Below, in pieces: positions 10,690-22,270 of a DNA stretch of 38,063 nt (its first letter is position 1; every line of letters begins with the position of its first letter). A program made the position numbers and the translations under genes. The stretch is from Asterionella formosa (taxonomy: Eukaryota): the NCBI GenBank assembly GCA_002256025.1, contig NKIB01015135.1, positions 1 through 38,063 of the forward strand. The letters are read 5' to 3'. The notes below the pieces were generated by a model. That model was given only the letters and a program-made list of their open reading frames with translations. It did not search any database and was not told where the DNA came from.

Positions 10690-12119
10690 GCAAACTACAA
10701 AAACTAGCAAACATTACATACGATGTATATATCTAATGTAGTTGTTGTAGTAGCTAGTGTTCATTTCCAACAAATGTTGTGCAACACATTTTGTATCCAT
10801 CATTTGTGTGCTTGCTTGTGGTTGTATCTATTCAATACATGAACTACAAGTACTACATTACTAGGATTTCAACAGAGGGTTGACATGACAATACATGTCA
10901 TAGTCAAAATGGCAGTAGCATTCCTAGTGACTCCTTTCTTTGCAACTACTATCATAAATACATACTGCAGGGTATATACCATACATGTGATGCTATGAAT
11001 GTGTGTACCAGTATGCACATGGCTTTCTACTTGGTTAGATTACTTTCCAGGTAAAAATTGCACTTTCATCACATTGGCACATTTTCCATACTATTCTTCT
11101 GGACTACTTTCTTTCTTGTTCTTTTTTGATTACTATAGACTAGCACTACATCTATGGTCCATAGGCACTTTGTGATTTTGGCAAATATGGGTGATCCACC
11201 AAGGATCGTCAATTATTACCACCACCACAACCATTATGACCTTTCATGATTTGAATAGGATTTCGTATAGATGCCACTTGTAATAATGTTTCTTGTTCTT
11301 CCTTGGTTATTTGTGTCTTGATTAAGGAATGCCATTTCATGTGATTTTTCATCTTTGCTTTTGATAAAATTCTTGTAATGATTATTTTTCTCCGCCATTC
11401 AATACTATTTGTGGTGGCAATGGTGTTTGATCTTATTGTAGTACTGCTGCTGGTGGTGGTAGTAGTAGTAGTGGTGGTACAAGACCTTGGTTTGGTTGTT
11501 CATTTTCTGGCTCTAGTTTTTTTTCTTCCTCCTTGTCATGATGTGATATATCCATTTTATCATCATTGCTAATCAACAATGATTGTGGTGTTGACAATTT
11601 GTAATTGTCCATTTTGTTGGTTGGTAAGATAATGGTGGGAGAACGTAGTACATTATCCATCAGTTCCTTTTGCTTTCCTCTTAGGTAGGACGGTTGCTCG
11701 TTTTCTTCGTGTTTCGATGCATTGTTCATCATGACACCATTTGAAGTACTAGTATCCATTCGTAGTGTTGTTGTTGTTGTTATATCCACAACTTGTTTCA
11801 GTTGTTCTTGTGGAGTAGCAGTAGTAGCAAATGCCCATGGTTCAAGTAGTTTCTTATACAATCCCATGAGTACTAATACATTTATCATAAATCGAAGGAT
11901 GATTGGACGACTGTGATGTATTCTTCGTATTAGTCGTTGTCGTATTGTCCCACCACCATGTTGTCGATTTGCAATAGCACCTGTTGTTGCTGTAGTGCTG
12001 CCACCACCACCATTCGTTTTGACAGAATGATTGTCAGCTGCTGCTGTTTGTGGACTCTTCCGTGATCGAAGACGAGGAGCAGGTCGAAGTGATGGAGGTC
12101 GTCGAGAGTGATGCATCAT
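10690..12119 (-). pseudogene. Type II membrane protein gene (Golgi-enzyme-like architecture); open 12119-11433, apparently decayed downstream
   Basis: The ORF has a basic N-terminus, one TM segment (IILRFMINVLVLMGLY) and a low-complexity stem, then TAA at 11433. The downstream ~700 bp still reads protein-like but is broken by many TAA/TGA/TAG stops and is nearly CpG-free. The lower boundary is approximate. Confidence 0.45.
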
Positions 12120-13078
12120 GAATGATCAATGAGTTGAGTAAAAAGGGGGTATGTTGTTTCTTGAGTTGGCTGATGATTGGAAGAGTAGTATTTGACTTTT
12201 TGTGTTTTTATATATATATATTCTAGAGTATTACCGGTAGTTATTCATATCCTGCACCATCTTTTCTTTTAATTACGTAGCGGCATTTTATTTGTTTGTT
12301 TATAAATCCTTTTTGCAAAAAGGCAACAACAAGAAATCAGACGGGGATGGACTAGATGAACGTTGTTTCCGGCATGAGGTACTCCGGAGTAGCAGATACT
12401 CCTACCACATAACAACTACCGGTACCGGTACCTGGTACCAGGTACCAGTAGTTTGTATGGACTGCAATCGTGCCATAAAAAGAAAACGAATAGTAAAGCC
12501 GGAACAATTTGTCTATGTGACGTTTCGTGCTTTGGAAGGCCAGTATACCGGTATTAAGTAAGTACCAGGGTAAAAATCTAACCAATTCTGTTGGTCTTAC
12601 TACTGTATTTCTGTTCTGAATTGTTCACAGCTGCAAAGAGAGATTTAAAAAATTACATGCCTGCACCTCGAGGTCGACGAGATATCAGGCATTACCAGAA
12701 AAATATATAAAGGAGTCATACTTGTACTATATCATATAGCGGTATATCCAGCTAGCAGCTAGCAATGAGTGCTTAACAATCAATGCTGTTTCTCCTTAGT
12801 ACATGACGCCAAGTTGCTCTATGTATCACAAGAAAGGAAATACAGGTGGTACCAGAAAGTCATGGTCAATGCTACGTATGTAACTGGTCATTGCTTGCTT
12901 GTTTAGAGGGATGGCTGAGTCAGAGTTGTAACATCATTTGTCAATTACATTCACACATCGTCATGGATATTACTAGGGGGTACCTGGTCCTACACTGTAG
13001 CGTTACATGGTCCCTACAATAATCACCTTAGGCCCTTAGAATTACATACTAGCGGTATTCCGGTTGGTACCAGGTATA

Positions 13079-13726
13079 CCGTATACTTCATTGTCCTGGA
13101 CCCCCCCTATGGTTGCTGGACCCCCCTGTACATTTTTCTCGAGGTGGAACCAAACACCCAATAATTTTCTTGTCATAGACAAAGTAACGTGCCATAATTC
13201 TTTTTGTCCTCGTAGGCACTAGTATGTAATAATTTAGCTACCATTTTGCGATTCTTTTGTACATACAAAACACAAGAGACGACAGGTAGTGGCTGTGAGC
13301 AGCTGGAGAATCCTTCATGATGTTGTCGCAACCTTGACCATGACGAAAATACCAATTATCTCCACGAAAATAGAGAACGACGCTTTGCTACTTGCTACCT
13401 GTATTAAGAACGACATGGAAAATACAATCGTAAAAGAAGTAAAGTAATAACACTAATAATGACAACGAAAATTGAGATCGCCGATAACAACATGAAGTCG
13501 CGTTTTTCTTGCGAGGTGAAGAACTCTCTCATTTTTGACAAGACGGAAATAATTGTCATATTAATACATCTTAGAAAAATGTGCGCTATCCTCTAGAACT
13601 AAAGAAATTTACTTAGGTCCATTATAAGGGAAATCTCTTCATTGTCCTGGGCCCCCCTTAAGTAAAATCAGTCAAATTCAGTCACGGCAGTGTACATTGG
13701 GGGGTCCAGGACAATGAAGTATACGG
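13079..13726. mobile_element. 648-bp MITE (Tc1/mariner-pogo type) with perfect 28-bp TIRs and TA TSD
   Basis: TA|CCGTATACTTCATTGTCCTGGACCCCCC (13079-13106) ... GGGGGGTCCAGGACAATGAAGTATACGG|TA (13699-13726). Internal partial copies of the TIR motif sit at ~13115-13126 and ~13637-13657. No transposase ORF. Confidence 0.95.
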
Positions 13727-16241
13727 TACATATGATACTTATCACAGTTGTGATACCGGTATCCTCATACCGGTATGCAGTGCACTATGTATGTAAAGTC
13801 TACGCACACAAAAATAGAACAAAGCAGTGTACATGTACCGTAGTAACAGTACACTATTAGTCCGACATGACTACCGGTACCTGGTACCGGTACCCGGTAG
13901 ACTATGGCACCAGGTGCTCGTATAATACCGGTACATCCTATTCCGGAAACAGGGCTCACCAGTACTGGAGTACACATTATGAACACATGCCATTTTTGGT
14001 TTTACTCTCACAGGGATGGGTCTTCGTCATTGTTGCTACCTAAGCAACTCCTTGCAGAAGTTGGTACATTTGATGAGCCTTGCTCATTCGTAAAACTAGT
14101 AGTTCTTGCAGTACTAGGAATATTTGCTGAACCCAGTAACATACAGAATCACAACATAAGCCAAAACCTTGCTAGATAGCAACATGGTGAAACACGTTCA
14201 TTTTGTTGTTGCTGTATGTTTTTGAAGATACATACCGGTAGTAGAGCTTCTAATCTAGCTAGATGCTATTGGTAGACAAATTACTAAAACCATTTGAGTT
14301 GTAATGGAGTAGACTAGTACCAAACTAGTTACTATTATGCATACTATAGTAGACAAATCAATACCAGTAAGGAGTCCTTATCTCAACTGCACAGTATTGC
14401 AATTAGCTAGGATCAAGGGAATGGAGTTGCTAAATTTTCATTCAATGATGCCAAGATTGAAGCAGAACTTGTTGCTGCTACTTTGCCTATATTCCAATCT
14501 AGTCATGACATAATTTATATAGTCAATCAGTTAAATGTATTTGTTTATATACAGCAAATCGTAATTTACTATAACACATTCATTTTACGTCTCTATATTG
14601 GAAACAATCTATATTGGAATACAAAGTTATTATATGGATATGGACTGCACCCTAAAAGGATAAAATTCGGAGAACAAGGGAACTTTTTGAATCGTCTATT
14701 GCAGCCATTCGGCACCAAAAATGAAAACCCCTGTCCTCTGAACCAATATTCCGTCCAACCCCTAGTCCATATCTTGTCCATCTCCACCCTCTCCATCTAA
14801 ATCTTCTAAGAAAGTCCTTGCTAATTTGATTGACTCATCACTTGCTTCTATTCTCACTGGCAATTATCCTTCTTATTCAAGTGTTGCTTTCCTCATTTGT
14901 GAAATGCCGGAATCAATATCTAGCTACCTGCCTATTTTTGACCTCATCAAGAATTTTTTGTAGAAAATTAAGAAACGAACAATTCAATTTCATTGGTCCA
15001 AAAATTTAAATGGAGCCAATACTGCCTCCTCCAACCCATCCTTATCATGATTGGCCTCCTCCACTGAATCCCACTTTTCAATTTGCAGTACTCATGAGAA
15101 ACTGGTTGCTCTGTCAACTTGATATCTTGGCATTCATGTCTACAAAGAGAGAAAAGTTACTTCCAATATGAGTGGTGATTGTGTTGTTATTTTGTATGTA
15201 TACTGCTGCCTTATAACCATTGCCATCTTCATCGACTAGCCACTTCTCCCAAATCGCCCATGATTCATTGTTAAATTATCATGTCGGCATAGTTCGCTCT
15301 GTTTTGTTACTGCTTGATTCATAGTTATCATTGTCTCTGTTGGTGGTCTATCAATCGAATTTCCAAGTGCTGGAGTCTGATAGCTAAATGAAGGGTGGCC
15401 ACAAACCAATCTTTCCATAGAGCAAGTGTACATAATCGATTTTCGTCATATCTGGGGCACGCAACGCACATCGTAATGGAAAATTACCTTTTCAGCGTGA
15501 TCCTTGTGTTTGGTCCTGTGAACTGGTCCCCTCTATTAGTACTGCAAATGATTAACACAATCATGTAGTAGGAAGCAACCACCAGTTAATCTAACACTCC
15601 TTTGTCATCTTTGGATGGACAGCATTTGTAGGATCTGATCTAGTGATACCCCCTGCTGGGGGTCTCTGGCAATGTAATAAACTGTGGATTTCAGCAAATT
15701 AAGTACTAAGGCCAGCCAGCTTGCAAATATGTAGTTTGTTGTGTGTGGTAAGGAATTTCCTCAACAAGCAGCATCTAACCTTTTCACAATTATATTTGAC
15801 ACATTGACTGAACTACCCAGAAAAACAGAACTTTGGTGGCATATAACAATATTTGTACAGAATAATTTCTATTCTGTTTGGACTGCTATGTTTAGCTATG
15901 GAACTGAAGCTATGATGCACATGTATGTGGTGATCATTGTGATTCAATGCTTCGGTTTTTCCCTACGTACCAGTATCATTTGCTTACATTTTGAGACTAT
16001 TTAATACCGGTGGATGCATGTGTCATGCACTCGCTCTGGAAAAAATGGACAGGTGGTAGGTACATTATTCATTACCTGGTAATTGACTCATCATCATTGA
16101 TTCATGATAGACGACAGCAGCTGTGCTGTCAACCCAAAAACTATTTTCATTTCAAATTTATAACAAAACTCCCTCCCCTTTCCGCAAACACTTCATCATA
16201 AGCATCATCAACAACAACAACAAGTTACAATAATCATCATC

Positions 16242-16661
16242 ATGGCATGGGGATATGGAACCATTGTTGATATGTTTGGATCCGAACCAAAGTTACCAAC
16301 CGGACAAGCAACAAAACTTCCAGATTACTTTCCTGTCGAACCCAAGGGTTGTTTGAAACATTCGCAAGCATTATTCATGTGCTTGTCCAATGAGGCTACT
16401 GCAAAAGCACGTGATATGGAACGATTGGGATATCATACATCCTATTATGGATTAAAAGTGAAGGAACCAGAGAATTTAGACAAAATGTTGGCAGAAGGGA
16501 TAGACTTGCCATTACCCACGGACAATGCATTAGATATATGCCGAACTCCTATTGCATATTACAAGCGATGTTGCGATCGTGAATTAAAGAAGAAAGAAAA
16601 TTGGTTATTGACGGAACCATATCGTGTGCAAGAGGAATACCGGTATGCAACAAAGAAATAA
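16242..16661 (+). CDS. Small twin CX9C protein (candidate mitochondrial intermembrane-space protein, 139 aa)
   Basis: Intact ORF after a CAA/CAT-rich leader, with C37-x9-C47 (CLKHSQALFMC) and C100-x9-C110 (CRTPIAYYKRC). Confidence 0.7.
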   Translation: MAWGYGTIVDMFGSEPKLPTGQATKLPDYFPVEPKGCLKHSQALFMCLSNEATAKARDMERLGYHTSYYGLKVKEPENLDKMLAEGIDLPLPTDNALDICRTPIAYYKRCCDRELKKKENWLLTEPYRVQEEYRYATKK

Positions 16662-16766
16662 AAAGTGGTGGCCGGATGCTGACTTTGAAGATGCTCATAC
16701 CACACTACTAGGATACGTAGTTTGATGAACGTTAGTACTGCATTAATTGTAGTTAACAATTGACCT

Positions 16767-17960
16767 TTAATAGGATGCAACATCATTATCTTTACGAGAC
16801 ACCTGATACAGAACTGCTGCGATGAGCATGATCACTGCAGGTAATAGAAATAGACATGCATTGACATGAGTAGTGAGTGGAACAATCCATGGTTGTTTCC
16901 TCGTCGTCGGATGAGGATGGTTCGTCTCTGTCTCTGCCACAGCCTTTGTGGACAGAGCACTTACCATTGTTCCTTTTGGTTCTGCCAATGTTGCTGTACT
17001 AATCCATTGGCACATTCCCTTGACAAGTTTCTTGTTGGCAAGTTCTTGTTGTTTCATCAATGCCGTCAATTCTCGTTTCCAAATTCGTCCTTGTTTGTTT
17101 GTTCCATCCATAATCAAAAGGTCATTAATATCTGTCATGCTTGTTTCATATTTACCAAGATTTGCGTATGCTTTACTTCGTAATAATAAACATGTAGGTT
17201 GAAAGGATGACAATGGTAGGTCAGATGAAGGAGTAGTAGTTGTTGTCATGGTATATGCCATGGATATACACAAAAGCGCACTAGCTCGATATACTGTATC
17301 ATACTCTGACAGTAACATTAAACATCTTGCCAAATTCATCAAAACTCTTAGTTGTAATTCTTGAACAGTGCCGCTTTCCGAAAGAACCAACAAAATGGAA
17401 CAAGTTTCCACAACCATTTCGGTTCCACTTTCCACCAATGTCAGATCAGCCGTACCGGTAGTTGCATCCAAACAATCTACTTCAGCAAGAAGAGGTGCTA
17501 AACCGGTAGTACTGCTATGGTATGACTGAGGATGGATCAGGACTGTACATCCAACTTGCAATTTAGTATTCGTCAGCGATAGGGCTTTTTCATAGAAAGG
17601 AATAGCCGACGATGGATCCTTTAGTCGCAACAATTGATCCCCACGCTCTTTCCAAACAACTGCGACGTTCTCTTCCTTTTCGTCCTCATGTTTGTGCAAT
17701 TGTCGTTCAAAATCAAGGAGTTGCCTGACATTTGATTGTAGCACTGTCCTTTCTTCCAATTCCTCCGTTGTTGTTGTTGTTGCGAATACGGATGGAGTGA
17801 TTAAAAAGGTGGTACCATCCAAGGGTTTAGGTCTGACATCTTCCCATACTATCGTCATGACTGTGTCATCATTATCATCAATGGTTGCTATTATGGCACG
17901 CCCATGGAGTTTCTCATCTCGTGCTACTCTCACAATGGAACCAATGGTAGTATGTTTCAT
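16767..17960 (-). CDS. TPR-domain protein with C-terminal transmembrane anchor (397 aa)
   Basis: TPR-like helices WKERGDQLLRLKDPSSAIPFYEKALS, LRVLMNLARCLM and LLLRSKAYANLGKYETSMTDINDLLIMDGTN; C-terminal TM ACLFLLPAVIMLIAAVLY. Confidence 0.8.
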   Translation of the reverse strand: MKHTTIGSIVRVARDEKLHGRAIIATIDDNDDTVMTIVWEDVRPKPLDGTTFLITPSVFATTTTTEELEERTVLQSNVRQLLDFERQLHKHEDEKEENVAVVWKERGDQLLRLKDPSSAIPFYEKALSLTNTKLQVGCTVLIHPQSYHSSTTGLAPLLAEVDCLDATTGTADLTLVESGTEMVVETCSILLVLSESGTVQELQLRVLMNLARCLMLLSEYDTVYRASALLCISMAYTMTTTTTPSSDLPLSSFQPTCLLLRSKAYANLGKYETSMTDINDLLIMDGTNKQGRIWKRELTALMKQQELANKKLVKGMCQWISTATLAEPKGTMVSALSTKAVAETETNHPHPTTRKQPWIVPLTTHVNACLFLLPAVIMLIAAVLYQVSRKDNDVASY

Positions 17961-19325
17961 GATGAGAGCGATGTGTGATGTGTGTGTATGTGTGTATGTG
18001 AACTGTGTAATCTGATGGTGTCACAATCTGCGAGAGTTGCAGAAGTCGCTATACGATACCATGGGGTACCGATTGTCCAATTGTTGGTTGAATACGTTGA
18101 TACCAATACATTTTCATACTGATATACCGATAGTACTGGTACCATACTGGATATGTTTTCATATGCGGTAGACGACCTTGAACAGGACCCCAGACCCCTA
18201 CCTACTGTACCAGTACTAGGTGCAGTCCATAAATATATACTACGGTATTACTGGTAGCCAGGCAAGTGAGGACAGAGATTACTTCGAACTGCTCTGATAT
18301 GATGATGTTTACAAACAACACTTTTGGTCCATTCCGATAATCCTCCAAAACCTGATTTCAACACATTCGACTAATTTCTTCGCCATTTTTACAAAACTGG
18401 CCACGCTCCTCTTCCTTAAGTAATTCCCATACTATCCATTACTATCACTGTCATTGAACCATGTTCCTCTAGTGAACTCTTACAGTCGGGGCAAATAATA
18501 CTAGAGTCAGCGAAAAATTTTAGAAAATTTCGAGATTCATGGCCGGGTGTGCGTGGCTCGGTAGATAGATACAGGTATTGTAGTCTCAAAAATTGGACAT
18601 TGTTGGCACTACCAGCACAAATCATCGGTAGCAACACCATCCTCACCAAAATTTCCCTTCCCGTTGCAAACATTTTTGGAGTCGTGATATGTTTTCCAAG
18701 GACCATAGTAAGTAAGTAAGTAAATGGAACAAGTCAGGTTAAATAAATCGATGACTCGCGTAACGACCTTACTAATTAATGTATATACCGTATATAAATT
18801 CCAAGCAATGACACGAACGTTTCATGTGATCATGATGTACCAGAAAGGTATAACAGCAGGCATCGTCAACTACCGGTACAAGTAATATGTATTGATTGGT
18901 TCTCGTCAGTGCAGGGAGGTAGTTCAGTATCGAAGTAACAGCAATGGTTAAAAAAAAGTACATACCGATAGGCCAGAGGTGATACACGCTTGCCAAATAC
19001 TTCATGGTGCCCAGTTGTGAGCAAAATTTCCCTCGGTATATAAAGATATACGTGGTTTATTATCTATATATATTGTGACAAAGAATTGTACGATCAAATA
19101 GATAAAACCACCTCCTTTTCGTTATTTCCTTCCGTTTCGCACACTTCCAAATCGATTTATTTCAATTAATGCCGCCATAACGCTTTCGTCTAGCGGTTAA
19201 AATTCTACCAATAAAGACATCGAGCCGATCCAGCTAAAGGAAGATTTTGCGCCTCTTGCATTTGGCATCAATTTACAACATACTTTCTCTTCATAATTTT
19301 GCTTACTTTCTTTTTTCGCTTCACC

Positions 19326-20900
19326 ATGAGAGTTTCCTGTGTCTCCTTCGCTCTCGCAATTCTTGTCAGCAATGCCCATGGTAAGTTCAGCGTCACCGCT
19401 GAATCAGAGGCAACTGTTGACGACGCCACGAACACCCAGCGAAAATTACATGTCGATGTGAACGACCCCTCCTATGACGATGCCGATCCATATGAACCGA
19501 GCAAAGATGACTACGTCAAGGGAGACAAGGGTACTTACTTCAACTCCGCCTCAACGGAGACTGAATCGGAAAAATATGCACGTTTGAGCGGCACGATCCC
19601 GCCAGGAGCAATTGAACAAGAGTTTAGTCCACTCAGATATGCCACTTGCTTCAACGAGGCATATGAGACTGATTTTGATTCAATCAATCAGTATGAATTG
19701 TACAAGGACTATGGACGAATCTTCAACTGGGGATTCCGTAACGAGATGGGACCACCTTTGGAGGGAGTATCTGAAGCTAATCTCCCTCTCAGCAGATTAC
19801 CTGGCATGTTCCTTCGCATGTGCTTTCATGACAACTCTATCAATATTGAACAGCCGAAGTTCCAAGACTACATCAATAATTATGTTGACTATGATGAAAG
19901 AGGTTGGGGAAGGTGGACTGGCCCTGCTGAATATCTGGCGACCTCTGGTGCAGATGCTTCCAACCTCCTTTGCACTCAAGAAAGATTCCACCCTAACCAG
20001 AACCTTGAGGGGACTGCCTCGAGAGTGCTTTATTCCCTTCAGAGTAAAGACATCCCAGATATTTACGATTATAACGGCAAAAAGACCAACATGGTCGAAA
20101 AGTATGGCTTATCTTATGCCGACATGCTCCACAACGGCTGCGTTGCTGCGGCCATTTACGCCCGCCCGAAAGTCGACTGGTCGGGGGCACCCAAGGACGA
20201 AATGAAGGATCTTGCCAAATTTCCTTTCAAGTTTGGTCGCAAGGATGCTTGCCGTTACAGATGGAAGGAAGACCACCGATCGGCACTTTGCGGTCCTACC
20301 GAGTTGCTTCCTGGCCTTGCTTTGACAACCAAACAAACGAACGACTGGTTCATCAATCGGGGTATGAATCCATGTCAGTTTATGGCCTTGATGTGGACTC
20401 ACACCATGATGGGTCCAGTCTCAGAGGACGTCAGCAATATCTGCCCACTAATGAAGCTCCCTTGCAGCACTACTTCTGGCTTCAAGTTGGATTATTTCTC
20501 GGCTTACCTTCAACCAGGTGAACACATAGTATCAACCCCAGAGGAGATTTTGGCCACTCCTGACGGTCCTAACTGCAAGTGGACTCCATCGGAATGTGCG
20601 GGGGAGCGACCCTGGCCTATGACCGCAGTGGACTGCAGTCTGTCACTGGATGTGGCGGAGAGATCCGTTGACAAACATCCAGCAGATGATAATCTGCGGG
20701 AGCTCAAGGATGTCATCAAGGATTTCCATTCGACTGCCATTCCACCTGAGAAGGTGCTAGAGTGCTCACTCCGAATGCTGGGTGGATATGGAAATGAAAA
20801 GGATTGTGATGACGTTCAGGCCACATGCACCAAGATTGGTACCAATGTAGTCCCCCATTCACACTTGTTTGGAGGTTACTATGGCAAGCCGGCGTATTAA
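19326..20900 (+). CDS. Secreted heme peroxidase, peroxidase-catalase superfamily (class II/III-like), paralog 1 (524 aa)
   Basis: ATG at 19326 followed by a signal peptide. Motifs: distal LRMCFHD (R..FH), GADAS, ERFHPNQN (distal Asn), LSYADML (cf. VSCADIL), FGRKDA (cf. GRRD) and proximal MALMWTHT (cf. VALSGAHT). Intronless. Confidence 0.88.
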   Translation: MRVSCVSFALAILVSNAHGKFSVTAESEATVDDATNTQRKLHVDVNDPSYDDADPYEPSKDDYVKGDKGTYFNSASTETESEKYARLSGTIPPGAIEQEFSPLRYATCFNEAYETDFDSINQYELYKDYGRIFNWGFRNEMGPPLEGVSEANLPLSRLPGMFLRMCFHDNSINIEQPKFQDYINNYVDYDERGWGRWTGPAEYLATSGADASNLLCTQERFHPNQNLEGTASRVLYSLQSKDIPDIYDYNGKKTNMVEKYGLSYADMLHNGCVAAAIYARPKVDWSGAPKDEMKDLAKFPFKFGRKDACRYRWKEDHRSALCGPTELLPGLALTTKQTNDWFINRGMNPCQFMALMWTHTMMGPVSEDVSNICPLMKLPCSTTSGFKLDYFSAYLQPGEHIVSTPEEILATPDGPNCKWTPSECAGERPWPMTAVDCSLSLDVAERSVDKHPADDNLRELKDVIKDFHSTAIPPEKVLECSLRMLGGYGNEKDCDDVQATCTKIGTNVVPHSHLFGGYYGKPAY

Positions 20901-21397
20901 GCTATTGTAAGGATTGATATATTTTGCCAATCCTTTCTTTGATAGCATTACCTTTTGTTTTTGCAAGAATATTCTGTGCAAAAATTTGAATTTTAATAAA
21001 TTTCTATAGAACACCTTCTTTTGCTTGATGCCATTTATGAAGATTTGATAGTTGACAGGTCATGGAATTCCTCTATCTCATCAACGGAATTGTCTTCTTC
21101 TTGTCTGGCTGCTCCTGTAGCTACTGATAAACCTCAATCATTTCCAACAACTTCGCCTCTAACCACAAATTTTCCATTCGACATTTTGGCTGATTGTTTT
21201 GATCTAGCATCGGAATAAACACAGTCCTGATCACACAATCTAAGCCACTAACATACTTCATTGACCTTGGATTGGTCAGGTTCTCCCTCTCCACACTCTT
21301 CTTGTCTTGGGAGAGAGGCAAGCGCCACTATGATGGGTGGGTAATTGTGCCCAAAACCTCCTTATGTATACTTTCTGTTATCACCTCCTGTATTTGA

Positions 21398-22116
21398 ATG
21401 AAATGGGAGACCATGCTGCAGGTTATTGATGCAATGAAGTTTATGGCTACATCCTGGGGACATGTTACAACTGAAACAATCCAAAAATGCTTTAAAGCAT
21501 GTGTGTTTGATAAAGTATGTGATGAACAATGTGTATCCTCAGTACCAGAGGAAACTGAAACTGAAGTGGAGGAGCTGATGGAGAGGCTTGGATAAGTTGA
21601 TGTTAATTATGTGCAAGATTGTATTGGTGAATAAGCAATGTGCTGAATCTTAAATCACAATTTTGGCTGCTGACTATATTGATGAAGGGAATGAGGAGGA
21701 TGACAGTGCCTTGGATAAAGGCGGTATCATGGCAGCAGCCAGTGATGTATCCAATAAGGTTCCTATAACCTCACAAGATGTTTTGTGTAACAGAAAATGA
21801 TTTATTTGAGTAGCAGCTTACATTGCTTGAAATAATTGACTCTGTTCAGAAAAGGTCTCATTCTGGACTTATTCAGCCTCCAATCAAATCATTTTTCCTT
21901 CCAAAAGAAACAAAAAAGTTTAATAAACTGCAAATTATTTGTTTCAACCCTCCTGCCTTCTTTTATGCACATTGTACATATTGTGTATCCTGCTACTGTA
22001 GTATGTACCAAACAACATTAACTTGCAGAACCTCCATAAAAGATACACCTCCCTATAGGATACAAGGCCATGCTTGCAGGAGCAAACAGGGTGTATCTTA
22101 TAGGGATGTTCTACTG
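21398..22116 (+). mobile_element. pogo/Tigger (DDE_1) transposon 3' remnant with right TIR
   Basis: Translation VIDAMKFMATSWGHVTTETIQKCFKAC matches the DDE_1 C-terminal 'DAxxxxxxAWxxVxxxTIxxCFxK' pattern and is followed by a stop-riddled acidic tail. The element ends GGTGTATCTTATAGGGATGTTCTACTG|TA (reverse complement TA|CAGTAGAAC...) with an inverted subterminal copy at ~22025-22049. Confidence 0.75.
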
Positions 22117-22118
22117 TA

Positions 22119-22270
22119 CTACTCCTGATTTTCATAGATGTGTTTTGGCATTGAGCAAAATCATGTCTACATACTAGAGCAATGTAGATGAAGTATAAAG
22201 TTAATTATCTTTTTTATTTGTTTAAAATGGAACTCTATCAATCTGGCACCGATTCCTATTTAATTCAAAT
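22119..22270 (+). repeat. Dispersed ~150-bp repeat, copy 1 (copy 2 at ~36630-36776)
   Basis: Both copies share the exact core TGTGTTTTGGCATTGAGCAAAATCATGTCTAC and a downstream GGAACT.TATCA.TCTGG..CC.ATTCCTATTTAATTCA block. Confidence 0.8.

Noticed and set aside
14000..15900. CpG-poor region with stop-interrupted protein-like stretches on the minus strand
   Set aside because: Probably a decayed repeat, but I could not identify a diagnostic motif or termini.
18170..18190. ACGACCTTGAACAGGA resembles the 5' end of plant U3 snoRNA
   Set aside because: Short gapped match with no downstream U3 boxes.
18300..18706. Minus-strand 96-aa ORF with protein-like composition
   Set aside because: No family motif recognised and stops follow; at most a gene fragment.
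19381..19439. Perfect GTAAGT donor in peroxidase 1 with a CAG 59 nt later
   Set aside because: Splicing would shift the frame, and the ORF reads through cleanly without it.
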